Below are positions 1-8,997 of a stretch of DNA of 44,047 nt, piece after piece (position 1 is the stretch's first letter; the number at the start of each line of letters is the position of its first letter). The notes beneath the pieces are model-generated. The model saw only the letters and a list, made by a program, of their open reading frames with translations. It ran no database searches and had not been told where the DNA came from. A program made the translations under genes and the position numbers. The stretch spans positions 1 through 44,047 of the forward strand of contig CBDTTR010000001.1 of assembly GCA_965363405.1 (NCBI GenBank), read 5' to 3'. This stretch comes from an uncultured bacterium. Its GTDB lineage: Bacteria > Desulfobacterota > WTBG01.

Positions 1-2
1 AA

Positions 3-2054
3 GATAGTGTAGTTAAAAATAAGGAGATAAAAAGTGAAGATATAGTACGTTTAGTTACATCTACCACTACAACCATCAGCATAGAGTATACAGGAGGAGG
101 AGAAAGAAAATCAGTTAGCGCAGAGGAAAGGAGAGTATACGATTCAGCTCAAGAGCTCTATAAGCAGAAGAGATATAAGGAGGCGCTGTCTAATCTTCGT
201 TATTATATGGATAACTATCCCCGCAGTGGATTAGCTGATGATGTCTCATTTTTAATCGGTGATTGCTATTTCTACCTTGCGGAGGAAGGTGACGTATCTA
301 GTTATCAACCTGCCATAAGTGCCTTTCAGTTAGCATTAGCGCTCTATCCTGACTCTAAAGATGTACCTTTGGGGTTGTTTCGATTGGCCAACAGTTATGG
401 AGAGATGAAATACCATTATGAAGCAGATGAGAACTATAAGTTGTTGATAGATGGACATCCCTATGCCGAATGTATCCCTGATGCACATTTTGGGAGGGCA
501 GAGAACCTCTTCCAAAACGATGAATTTGATGAAGCGAAAAATTTATTTCAGGAATTTATGATAAAGTATCCCCAGAGTAATTTTTTGAAACAGGCTGTTT
601 TCCGAATAGCAGATTGTTATGTTGGATTAAAAGAGTATGGTAAAGCTCGAAAAAGCTATGAGGAAGCTCTGAATCGATGGGCAGGTTATTCCGGTTTATC
701 TCCGGAGACCCTATTTTCATTAGGATTGACTTATTTAAAAAACGGAGATTGCGCAAAGGCAAGGTCTGTTTTGTTTTTGGGTTTAAACGTTTTCCCAAAA
801 GAAGATTATAACCATATTATATTAGCCAAGATTGGGGATACCTACCAGATGGAAGAGAAAGTTGAGGAAGCACTTAAGATTTATTCGCAAAATGGTCTTC
901 TGTATCCTGAAAGCAAAGGTGCTCTGATAAGTGAAATTAAAATGGCTGATATAGGTGTGAATAACCCTGGCTTTTTCAAGTATAATCAGTACCTTGAGCC
1001 TCTAAAAGTTTACCAGCAGGTTATTGAAAGATATCCAGTGACGGATCTTGCAGAAGAAGCTTTATATAAACAGGGATTTGCATTCTCAGAACAAAAAAGA
1101 TATCAGGAGGCAATTGTTTCTTTGAAAGCTATATTGGAAGATTATCCTGATAGCAATCTTTCCAGGAAGGCTTTTTATAATGTACAGGAAATACTTTGTA
1201 AGTTGATTGACTCTTATTTTTCGGAAGGAAAGCACTATTTTATCCTTGATACATATCGGAAAAATAAAGATCCTTTTCTTGATGATATTAAAAACACAAA
1301 GACCCTTTTCCAGGTGGGGGATAGCTTTCGCCAGGCAGGCTTGTACGATGATGCTTTGGAAATATATAAAAATGCAAGACGGATCTATCCCAGGAATTAT
1401 CCGGAAGATGCACTCATCCTTAGAATGGGAGAGATTTACGTGCTTGAGAAAAAGTACGTCAAAGCAAATAAGGTGTTTCAAAAGCTGATAAAAGATTTTC
1501 CTAAAAGTGGATATCGTAAGCTTGCTTTTCATGGTCTTGCGGATAGTTATTTTCAACAGGGAAGTTATGAAAAGGCTCGACTTGCTTACCTCAGGGCTTT
1601 AGAAGGTGAACAGAGAATTCCTCGAGACATAAAAGGATTTTTCTGTTTGGGAGAATGTTATCAAAACATGGGTGATATCCCCTTGAGTGTTGAGGCATAC
1701 AGAAAGGCTATCCAGACGGCTGAGAATTTGGAGAAAGATCAGGTGGAAGATGAATTTGTAATAAAAAGTTATTTTAGGGTGGCCGACTGTTTATACCAAA
1801 GCCAAAGATATCTGGACTCTGTTGAGGTCTATACTCAGGCAGCTCAACTTTACCCGGAAGATGATCGTGCTCAATGGGCATTATATCGCATTGCAGCAGG
1901 ATATCGGAAGGCAGGAAAGGGAAGCGTTGAGATTGAATCTTTAAGAAAACTTGTGAGTGAGGGGAAGAGGGAACCATTTTGGGAAAGAGTGATTGATGAA
2001 AACATTAGAAATATGGAGTGGGAAGAGAAAAACCTTGAACACTTGGCACACTGA
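3..2054 (+). CDS. TPR-repeat protein, 5' end outside window
   Basis: Frame 3 is open from nt 3, with no stop before the track's Met at 207. The upstream residues ...AQELYKQKRYKEALSNLRYYMDNYPRSG... form a TPR/YbgF-type helix pair that Met207 would bisect, so the true start lies upstream of the window. The rest is a long array of degenerate TPR units. Confidence 0.8.
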   Translation, partial: DSVVKNKEIKSEDIVRLVTSTTTTISIEYTGGGERKSVSAEERRVYDSAQELYKQKRYKEALSNLRYYMDNYPRSGLADDVSFLIGDCYFYLAEEGDVSSYQPAISAFQLALALYPDSKDVPLGLFRLANSYGEMKYHYEADENYKLLIDGHPYAECIPDAHFGRAENLFQNDEFDEAKNLFQEFMIKYPQSNFLKQAVFRIADCYVGLKEYGKARKSYEEALNRWAGYSGLSPETLFSLGLTYLKNGDCAKARSVLFLGLNVFPKEDYNHIILAKIGDTYQMEEKVEEALKIYSQNGLLYPESKGALISEIKMADIGVNNPGFFKYNQYLEPLKVYQQVIERYPVTDLAEEALYKQGFAFSEQKRYQEAIVSLKAILEDYPDSNLSRKAFYNVQEILCKLIDSYFSEGKHYFILDTYRKNKDPFLDDIKNTKTLFQVGDSFRQAGLYDDALEIYKNARRIYPRNYPEDALILRMGEIYVLEKKYVKANKVFQKLIKDFPKSGYRKLAFHGLADSYFQQGSYEKARLAYLRALEGEQRIPRDIKGFFCLGECYQNMGDIPLSVEAYRKAIQTAENLEKDQVEDEFVIKSYFRVADCLYQSQRYLDSVEVYTQAAQLYPEDDRAQWALYRIAAGYRKAGKGSVEIESLRKLVSEGKREPFWERVIDENIRNMEWEEKNLEHLAH

Positions 2055-2084
2055 AGTGCTATCTAAACTGGTGGGAACAAAAAA

Positions 2085-3389
2085 ATGTACGAGAATATAA
2101 ATGGAAAGCAAATGAATGACAAAGATCCACAGCTTAAGGGAAGAAAAGAAGAAATATCTACAATGAACCAGGCCCTTTATCATTTTGACCTGTCAGCTTC
2201 GATACTTCAACATTCCTATCAACAACTGCAGCAACGCATAGATATGCTCAATCTTGAATTAGAGGAGAAGAATAAACAACTTGAACTCAACCTGAGAGAA
2301 AGAGCGCGGGTTGAAGAGTATCTGTCTAATATATTGGAGAGTTTGAAGAGCGGAGTAGTAGTGGTCGATGGGAAAGGGGAAGTTAAAACTATTAACAGGG
2401 CAGCGGAACGGATCACAGGAATTGCCAGAGGAGAAGTTGAAGGGAAATATTTTAACCAGGCAATAAAACCACTCCTTCCCGATGACTTCACAAGAGTCTT
2501 TCCTGCTGGAGATTCTATAAAGTCCGAGGGAGAATTTAAACAGAAAAGAAGGGATGGGAGCGAAGTGCGGGTAAAATTCTCGGTCACCCCTTTAAAAGAG
2601 AAAGGAAAGGAGTTGGAAGATAATGTAATCATCTTCCAGGAAGTTACAAAACTCAGGAAGCTAGAGGAAAAGGCAGAGCGCAACAGTAGATTAGCGGCTA
2701 TGGGTGAGATCGCAGTGTGTATTGCCCACGAGGTGAGGAATCCCCTGGGCAGTATTGAATTGCTTGCTTCACTGCTTAAAAGGGAAGTAGGAAGCGATGA
2801 AGACAAGAAAAAACTTACGGACCATATTTTAGCTGGAGTGAAGAGTATAGATTATATCATTAATAATCTTCTGCTCTTTAGCAAGCCTCAACACCCGGTT
2901 TTTAAAAAGGTTAATATCCATGCATTTCTCGATGAATCTATCCTTTTTATTCTCCCTTCGCTAAAACAGAGGCAGATTGAGCTCATCAAAAAGTATGATT
3001 CTTTTGACCCCCTTATTTTGGGTGATCTGGAGTTATTAAAACAAGTATCTCTAAACCTGGTTTGGAATGCCATTCAGGCTATGCCACAAGGTGGCAAGTT
3101 GATTATTTCCACTAAGATAGTTGATAACGGTCTGGAATTTCCCAATGCAACGGGCTGCCTGGAGATAAGGTTTGCTGATTCCGGTGTGGGAATATCTGAT
3201 CATGATAAGGGAAAAATCTTTAATCCGTTTTTTACCACTAAAGAAAAGGGTACGGGGCTGGGTCTGGCAATCGTGCATAGCATTATCGAGGTTCATGACG
3301 GGATGATAGAAGCCGAAAGCAGTGATGGCCAGGGATCAGCTTTTACCATTACCCTGCCTTTAATGGAAAAAGAAGAAAGAAGAGATTGA
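2085..3389 (+). CDS. cytoplasmic PAS sensor histidine kinase (NtrB/FlgS/FlrB-like)
   Basis: No TM helix. Coiled coil, then PAS (SGVVVVDGKGEVKTINRAAERITG), H-box AHEVRNPLGSI, N-box LVWNAIQAM, G1 DSGVGI and G2 GTGLGLAIV. A 3-nt gap separates it from the partner regulator gene. Confidence 0.9.
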   Translation: MYENINGKQMNDKDPQLKGRKEEISTMNQALYHFDLSASILQHSYQQLQQRIDMLNLELEEKNKQLELNLRERARVEEYLSNILESLKSGVVVVDGKGEVKTINRAAERITGIARGEVEGKYFNQAIKPLLPDDFTRVFPAGDSIKSEGEFKQKRRDGSEVRVKFSVTPLKEKGKELEDNVIIFQEVTKLRKLEEKAERNSRLAAMGEIAVCIAHEVRNPLGSIELLASLLKREVGSDEDKKKLTDHILAGVKSIDYIINNLLLFSKPQHPVFKKVNIHAFLDESILFILPSLKQRQIELIKKYDSFDPLILGDLELLKQVSLNLVWNAIQAMPQGGKLIISTKIVDNGLEFPNATGCLEIRFADSGVGISDHDKGKIFNPFFTTKEKGTGLGLAIVHSIIEVHDGMIEAESSDGQGSAFTITLPLMEKEERRD

Positions 3390-3392
3390 TTC

Positions 3393-4754
3393 GTGCTGGA
3401 TAAAACAGAGAAGAGACCAATATTAGTTATTGATGATGAGGAAAGCATGCGCATTGCTCTTACTGAAGCGCTTTCCAGAAGTGGCCATCTGGTTGACTGT
3501 ATTTCCAATGGATATGATGCCCTGGAGAAGGTTCAATCTGCCTCCTTCAAATTGGTTATCACAGATGTGAAAATGCCAAAGATGGATGGGTTGGAGATTC
3601 TGCTGGAGATTAAGAAAGTTCTACCACAGACCCCGGTGATTATGATTACTGCTTATGGAACTATAAACAATGCCGTGGAAGCTATGAAGAAAGGGGCGGC
3701 AGATTATATCTTGAAACCTTTCTCATTCGAAGAACTGGATGCGGTTGTTAAAAGAGCACTGACGAATGGTAGAGATAAGGAGACCCCTGTCAAAGATGGC
3801 CAGAAGCACAAAGAAATTATAACCAGAGATTCACAGATGATAAAGCTAATCGATTTAGCTAAGAGCATTGCCTTAAGTAAATCGACTGTCCTCATCCAGG
3901 GAGAAAGTGGGACGGGCAAAGAACTATTTGCCAGATATGTTCACCAGTATAGTGAGCGAAGAGCAAAGAAGTTTGTTGCAGTTAATTGTGCTGCTATTCC
4001 TGAGGATCTCTTGGAGAGCGAACTCTTTGGGTATGAGAAGGGTGCTTTTACGGGTGCTGTCAGTAGAAGACTGGGAAAATTTGAGCTGGCTGATGGAAGC
4101 ACCATTCTCCTGGATGAGGTAAGTGAAATGGGTCTTAAACTTCAGGCAAAACTCCTGAGAGTGTTACAGGAATTTGAGGTTGACAGGGTAGGAGGGAAAG
4201 AACCTGTCCCCGTGGATGTAAGGGCTGTTGCCACCACTAATGTTGACTTGAAACAGGCAGTTGAGGAAGGTAAATTCAGGGAAGATCTCTTTTATCGATT
4301 AAATGTTATTCCTTTAAAGATCCCTCCTCTCAGGGAGAGGAGGGATGACATCCCTTTGCTGGTAGAATATTTTGTTGAGAAACATAGTCTAAGGTGTAAG
4401 AAGGTAGCCCCCCGGGTTTCTCCGGAGGCTCTCACGGCCTTTAAAAACTGTGAGTGGAGAGGGAACGTGAGAGAATTGGAAAATGTGATTGAAAGAACTA
4501 TCCTCCTTCACAGAGATGAAGTTTTGTTGCCAGAGCAAATCAATATGGAAGAGGTGAGTGAAGGTGGGAAGGTGAAAGGGGTTATTCATAGAGGGACTTG
4601 TTCAATGAAGGAGATGGAACAGGATTTAATATTAAAAACACTTGAAGAATTAGGAGGAAACCGGACTCATGCCGCTAAAGCTCTGGGGATAAGCATCAGA
4701 ACGCTAAGGAACAAATTGAGTGACTATAAGAGGCAGGGAGGGGTGCAGATTTAG
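3393..4754 (+). CDS. sigma54-dependent response regulator (NtrC family, FlgR/FlrC-like)
   Basis: GTG start. REC domain (ILVIDDEE, VITDVKMPKMDG, ILKPF). AAA+ sigma54-interaction domain (Walker A GESGTGKE, GAFTGA loop in ELFGYEKGAFTGA). C-terminal Fis-type HTH (NRTHAAKALGISIRTLRNKL). Confidence 0.93.
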   Translation: MLDKTEKRPILVIDDEESMRIALTEALSRSGHLVDCISNGYDALEKVQSASFKLVITDVKMPKMDGLEILLEIKKVLPQTPVIMITAYGTINNAVEAMKKGAADYILKPFSFEELDAVVKRALTNGRDKETPVKDGQKHKEIITRDSQMIKLIDLAKSIALSKSTVLIQGESGTGKELFARYVHQYSERRAKKFVAVNCAAIPEDLLESELFGYEKGAFTGAVSRRLGKFELADGSTILLDEVSEMGLKLQAKLLRVLQEFEVDRVGGKEPVPVDVRAVATTNVDLKQAVEEGKFREDLFYRLNVIPLKIPPLRERRDDIPLLVEYFVEKHSLRCKKVAPRVSPEALTAFKNCEWRGNVRELENVIERTILLHRDEVLLPEQINMEEVSEGGKVKGVIHRGTCSMKEMEQDLILKTLEELGGNRTHAAKALGISIRTLRNKLSDYKRQGGVQI

Positions 4755-4824
4755 CTAGAAACATGTAGATAATAAAGCTTGTAACTTTCTTAATGGTAGA
4801 TTGAGTAGATAGTTAGAATTAAGC

Positions 4825-4894
4825 GGGATTGCTTCGTCGCTCCGCTCCTCGCAATGACAAAAGAAAATGTCATTGCGAACGCAGTGAAGCAATC
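4825..4894. repeat. bipartite imperfect hairpin (REP/MITE-like palindromic element)
   Basis: GATTGCTTC (4827-4835) pairs with GAAGCAATC (4886-4894). CGCAATGAC (4850-4858) pairs with GTCATTGCG (4869-4877). There is an asymmetric internal bulge, an A-rich 10-nt loop, and no T-tract afterwards. Single copy in this window. Confidence 0.6.
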
Positions 4895-4919
4895 TCATAA
4901 AATTGCGGTGATTTGAGAA

Positions 4920-4947
4920 GCAGAAATACATTTTCTCAATTTCTTGC
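4920..4947. promoter_or_regulatory. inverted repeat GCAGAAAT-N11-ATTTCTTGC, candidate enhancer (UAS) for the flgB promoter
   Basis: Imperfect dyad centred about 64 nt upstream of the -24 GG. The left arm is the exact complement of the ATTTCTGC octamer found upstream of the motA sigma54 promoter (17698-17705). Confidence 0.3.
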
Positions 4948-4995
4948 TGAGTAAAATCAATAGTCATATAATTTGCCATAATTTTATCTTATTTC

Positions 4996-5011
4996 TGGTA
5001 TGTGATTTGCA
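4996..5011 (+). promoter_or_regulatory. sigma54 (-24/-12) promoter of the flgB operon
   Basis: TGGTATGTGATTTGCA matches TGGYAY-N5-TTGCA, with GG and GC separated by exactly 10 nt. It ends 49 nt upstream of the flgB ATG. Confidence 0.75.
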
Positions 5012-5060
5012 TGAAAATTTATTTGATGAATCTCAATTGATAATATTTTAAAAGGAGGAA

Positions 5061-5477
5061 ATGATTGTGCCGCCTGAAGCATTATTTAATTCTACTATTC
5101 TAATGTTAGAGAAATTACTGGATTTCCAATCGGAAAGGCACTCTATGCTTTCCACTAATGTCGCCAACATTGATACGCCCGGGTATAAGGGGCATGATTT
5201 ACGTTTTTCAGATGAACTCAAAAAAGCAGCTGGTAGAAAGGGAAGCATGCCTTTAACAAAAACCAATGAAAGACATTTGCCTTTAGAAACAGGTAATATA
5301 AAAGGGGGGCGTTTGGTTCCCACTAATGATGCTGTCCATCGACTTGATGGTAACACAGTGGATCTCGACAAGGAAATGGCAAAATTGGCAGAGAACAGCT
5401 TGTATTATAACACAGCAGCTCAGATAACATCTAAAAAATTGAGAGGAATTTTAACAGCTATCAGCGAGGTGAGGTAA
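5061..5477 (+). CDS. flgB: flagellar proximal rod protein FlgB
   Basis: Rod N-terminal motif LSTNVANIDTPGYK. GGAGG RBS. Size and position upstream of flgC. Confidence 0.93.
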   Translation: MIVPPEALFNSTILMLEKLLDFQSERHSMLSTNVANIDTPGYKGHDLRFSDELKKAAGRKGSMPLTKTNERHLPLETGNIKGGRLVPTNDAVHRLDGNTVDLDKEMAKLAENSLYYNTAAQITSKKLRGILTAISEVR

Positions 5478-5478
5478 A

Positions 5479-5916
5479 ATGGATTTTTTAACTGCTCTTA
5501 ATATTAGTTCTTCAGCCTTAAGTGCTCAACGACTTAGACTGGACGTAATTTCAAGTAACCTGGCTAATATAAATACAACCCATACACCTGAAGGTGGTCC
5601 ATATCGAAGGAGGGAGGTGGTCTTTGCCGCTCTACCGGCTACCGATGATTTTGGTGAGGTGCTTAATTCTGAAATGGAGAAAAATCTTCGGAAAGTTGAG
5701 GCGGTCGATGTCATCATTGATAGAAGGCCACCTAAGATGATATATGACCCTCAGCATCCTGATGCCAATGCGTCAGGATATGTTGGAATGCCTGATATCA
5801 ATGTTATGGAAGAAATGGTGAACATTTTATCTGCCACCCGTTCTTATGAAGCAAATGTGGCTGTTATTAATGCGACTAAAAGTATGGCAGCGAAAGCTTT
5901 AGAGATAGGCAGGTAA
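5479..5916 (+). CDS. flgC: flagellar proximal rod protein FlgC
   Basis: ISSNLANINTT N-terminal motif and C-terminal SYEANVAVINATKSM. 1-nt gap after flgB. Confidence 0.95.
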   Translation: MDFLTALNISSSALSAQRLRLDVISSNLANINTTHTPEGGPYRRREVVFAALPATDDFGEVLNSEMEKNLRKVEAVDVIIDRRPPKMIYDPQHPDANASGYVGMPDINVMEEMVNILSATRSYEANVAVINATKSMAAKALEIGR

Positions 5917-5958
5917 AAAGATTGATAAACTGCAAATTTTTAAGGAGATAAGGGCAAT

Positions 5959-6261
5959 ATGAAAGATATAACCATCGAGTCAAACTTAAAGTCATTAATC
6001 CCCCTCTCATTAGGAAGGAAAGAGGAAGCCAGTGTTAATGGTGATTCTTTCGGAAAGCTGTTGAAGAATTCTATGGAAGAAGTGAACCAGTTACAAAATG
6101 AGGCAGATAGATCTATTGAACAGTTAGTCGCAGGGGAATCTAAAAACCTGCATGAGACGATGATTGCTATGGAGAAAGCCAATATTTCCTTCCGGTTGAT
6201 GATGGAAGTGAGAAACAAAATTATTGAAGCCTACCAGGATGTTATGAGAATGCAGGTTTAA
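5959..6261 (+). CDS. fliE: hook-basal body complex protein FliE
   Basis: 100 aa. Conserved C-terminus HETMIAMEKANISFRLMMEVRNKIIEAYQDVMRMQV. Positioned after flgC. Confidence 0.92.
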   Translation: MKDITIESNLKSLIPLSLGRKEEASVNGDSFGKLLKNSMEEVNQLQNEADRSIEQLVAGESKNLHETMIAMEKANISFRLMMEVRNKIIEAYQDVMRMQV

Positions 6262-6383
6262 GACATATGGAAAAGTGAGTAAACGTAAAACAGGTCATAG
6301 GATTTTGGATTTTAATTACGCAATGCATATTCATTTAATCAAGTATCCAGAATCTAACATCCAGATTAAAGCGAGGGATAAAA

Positions 6384-7976
6384 ATGTTTGAATTTTTAAA
6401 GCAATTTATTACGCAGGTACAAGCCAATTTTAAAATGCTCCCGTTTGCGAAAAAGGTAGCGGTAGCAAGCATTGCTTCATCTACCCTGATGGGGATTATT
6501 CTTTTGATTGTCTGGACTAATAGGATTGATTATCAGCCCTTATACTTTAATCTCAGTATGGAAGATGCAGGTATGGTGGTGGAAGAGCTAAAAGATCAGA
6601 AGATCCCCTTTCGCTTATCTGCCAATGGGAAAACAGTTATGGTTCCGTCTGATAGGGTCTATGATCTCAGATTGGATATGGCCAGTCGGGGGATTCCCTC
6701 CGGAGGGGGGGTTGGCTTTGAGATATTTGATAGAACTGATTTGGGTACTACCGAATTTGTGCAGAAATTGAATTACCAGCGCGCACTTCAGGGAGAGCTT
6801 GCTCGCACCATCAACCAGTTTGTAGAAGTAGAACAATCAAGAGTGCATATTACCCTTCCCGATAAAACCATATTTTTTGAAGACGAACAGAAACCTACAG
6901 CATCAGTGGTATTAAAACTTCGTCGCAGGGGTGCACTTAAGGAAAAGCATGTTCAGGGGATTGTGCACCTGGTTGCGGGTAGTGTAGAAGGTTTAAACCC
7001 TGAAAATATTACTGTAGTAGATGTAGATGGCAATGTGTTGTCAGCTGGAGCTTCTGATGATTCCAAGCTTGTTGGTCTGAGCGGAAACCAGCAGGAATTC
7101 CAGAGAGAATTTGAAGAAGGATTGGAAAAAAGAGTGCAAACCATGCTCGAGAAGGTTGTTGGTACGGGTAAAGCCATTGTCAGGGTAAGTGCCACTCTCG
7201 ATTTTAAACAGGAGGAGAAGACAGAAGAGATCTTTGACCCGGAGAGTGCTGTCATTCGGAGTGAGCAACGGACAGATGAAAAATCCAAAGGGATTACCCC
7301 GGTTGCTATGGGAGTTCCAGGGGTGGCAGCAAACCTTCCTGAGGAAGGTGGCAAGGCAGCAACCAACGTTAGTAGTTCTGACATGCGAAATACGAATGAG
7401 ACAGTAAATTATGAAATTAACAAGGTAGTAAAGAGGATAATTAAACCTACAGGTACCATTCAAAGACTTTCGGTAGCTGTTTTGCTTGACGGAACCTATG
7501 AAGTTGTCAAAGGAGAAGATGGAAAAGAGGAATATGCCTATGTCCCAAGAAACGATGAGGATATGAAGAAATATAAGAATATTGTGATGAAGGCAGTTGG
7601 CTATAATGTAGAGAGAGGAGATCAAATAGAGGTAACCACTACCCCCTTTGAAACGGTTAAGTTTACTGAAGCAGAGAAGAAGGAGTTGGCACGTGATACC
7701 TTATGGGGAAAAATTTGGGGATGGGTACCCTATCTGGCTACCATTTTACTGATTGTCTTACTGGTAGTTATCGTACTGCGACCATTGGTGAAGTGGATAA
7801 CCAGGCCAGAAGTAGGTATGCTTACCGGGGTTACTGAAGGTGGGACAGCGGGAGAGCTTGCTGAGAGAACTCCCAGATTGCTGAAAGAGGGTGTTCCAGG
7901 AAGGGAACAGGTGGTGCGGCTTGCAAAAGCCGATGCTGAACATCTTGCTAAAGGACTCAGACAATGGATGAGCTAG
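6384..7976 (+). CDS. fliF: MS-ring protein FliF
   Basis: 530 aa. N-terminal TM (VAVASIASSTLMGIILLIVW) and C-proximal TM (LATILLIVLLVVIVL). YscJ/FliF-like periplasmic region. Positioned before fliG. Confidence 0.93.
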   Translation: MFEFLKQFITQVQANFKMLPFAKKVAVASIASSTLMGIILLIVWTNRIDYQPLYFNLSMEDAGMVVEELKDQKIPFRLSANGKTVMVPSDRVYDLRLDMASRGIPSGGGVGFEIFDRTDLGTTEFVQKLNYQRALQGELARTINQFVEVEQSRVHITLPDKTIFFEDEQKPTASVVLKLRRRGALKEKHVQGIVHLVAGSVEGLNPENITVVDVDGNVLSAGASDDSKLVGLSGNQQEFQREFEEGLEKRVQTMLEKVVGTGKAIVRVSATLDFKQEEKTEEIFDPESAVIRSEQRTDEKSKGITPVAMGVPGVAANLPEEGGKAATNVSSSDMRNTNETVNYEINKVVKRIIKPTGTIQRLSVAVLLDGTYEVVKGEDGKEEYAYVPRNDEDMKKYKNIVMKAVGYNVERGDQIEVTTTPFETVKFTEAEKKELARDTLWGKIWGWVPYLATILLIVLLVVIVLRPLVKWITRPEVGMLTGVTEGGTAGELAERTPRLLKEGVPGREQVVRLAKADAEHLAKGLRQWMS

Positions 7977-7986
7977 GGGTGACTAT

Positions 7987-8997
7987 ATGGAAAAGGAAAA
8001 TGCATTAAATAATCTCGAAAAGGTAGCAGTCGTTATCTCTTCTTTACCTGAAGATTTAGCTTCCGAAATTTTTCGGCAGCTGGATACTGCTGAAGTTGAG
8101 AAAATAAGCAGATGCATGTCCCATATGGGGATGGTAGCGGGTGATATGGTTGATAAGATCATAAATGAGTTTGTAGAGATGACAAGTCGCGAAGAAGGGT
8201 CTGTCTCTCTTGGAAAAGGTTATGCGGAAAGCCTGGTTACTAAAGCCCTGGGTGAGAATAAGGCCAAATCGATAGTTGATAAAATATCTGATGGTAAGGA
8301 GTATCGATCTCTTAGCCTTTTGGATGATATTGATCCCAAAATGGTAACGGATATCATTAGAAACGAACATCCTCAAACGATTGCACTCATCCTCTCACAT
8401 TTAAGTCCGGAAAAATCAGGTACGATTTTGCCTAATTTGCCTGAAGAGCTAAGAGCTGAAGTGATTTTGAGGATTTCCAATCTGGAAGGAGTTCCTCCTG
8501 AGGTAATTAATGATGTTGCTGAGATGCTAGAGAGTGAAGTGAAGTCAATGGGAAATACGGGTGGTCATAAGTTAGGAGGAGTAAAAGCAGTAGCGGATAT
8601 CCTTAATCAAATGGATCGTGCAACGGAATCTGCCTTACTAGCTAAAATTGAAGAGACAGACCCCAAAATGGCTGATGAAATTAGACAACTTATGTTTGTA
8701 TTTGATGATCTAGTCCTGATTGATGATAGAGGAATACAGGAGATACTAAAAGATATATCAAGCGATGATCTGGCAAAGGCTCTGAAGACTGCTGGTGAAG
8801 CGGTGAAAGAAAAGATTTTTAAGAATATGTCAGAAAGAGCAGTGGATATGCTTAATGAAGATATCGAGGATATGGGACCTATCAGACTCAGTGATGTTGA
8901 AAAGGCTCAGCAGACCATTACTCAAGTAGCAATGAAGTTGGAAGAAGAGGGTAAGATTACTATGGGAGGTCGAGGAGGTGAGGAAGTCTTTGTTTAG
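7987..8997 (+). CDS. fliG: rotor/switch protein FliG
   Basis: 336 aa with EHPQTIALILSHL and the MFVFDDL motif. C-terminal torque-helix region present. Confidence 0.95.
   Translation: MEKENALNNLEKVAVVISSLPEDLASEIFRQLDTAEVEKISRCMSHMGMVAGDMVDKIINEFVEMTSREEGSVSLGKGYAESLVTKALGENKAKSIVDKISDGKEYRSLSLLDDIDPKMVTDIIRNEHPQTIALILSHLSPEKSGTILPNLPEELRAEVILRISNLEGVPPEVINDVAEMLESEVKSMGNTGGHKLGGVKAVADILNQMDRATESALLAKIEETDPKMADEIRQLMFVFDDLVLIDDRGIQEILKDISSDDLAKALKTAGEAVKEKIFKNMSERAVDMLNEDIEDMGPIRLSDVEKAQQTITQVAMKLEEEGKITMGGRGGEEVFV

Noticed and set aside
2044-2060. TGGCAC...GTGCT at the 3' end of the TPR gene, just upstream of the kinase gene, as a possible autoregulatory sigma54 promoter.
   Set aside because: GG and GC are separated by 11 nt rather than the strictly required 10, and the -12 element reads GTGC rather than TTGC. 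Probably a chance match.
4755-4979. 74-aa minus-strand ORF in the regulator-flgB intergenic region.
   Set aside because: Its central part (CHCEERSDEAI...) is simply the translation of the palindromic hairpin element at 4825-4894. It has no RBS and spans an AT-rich promoter region, so I treat it as an artefact of the repeat.
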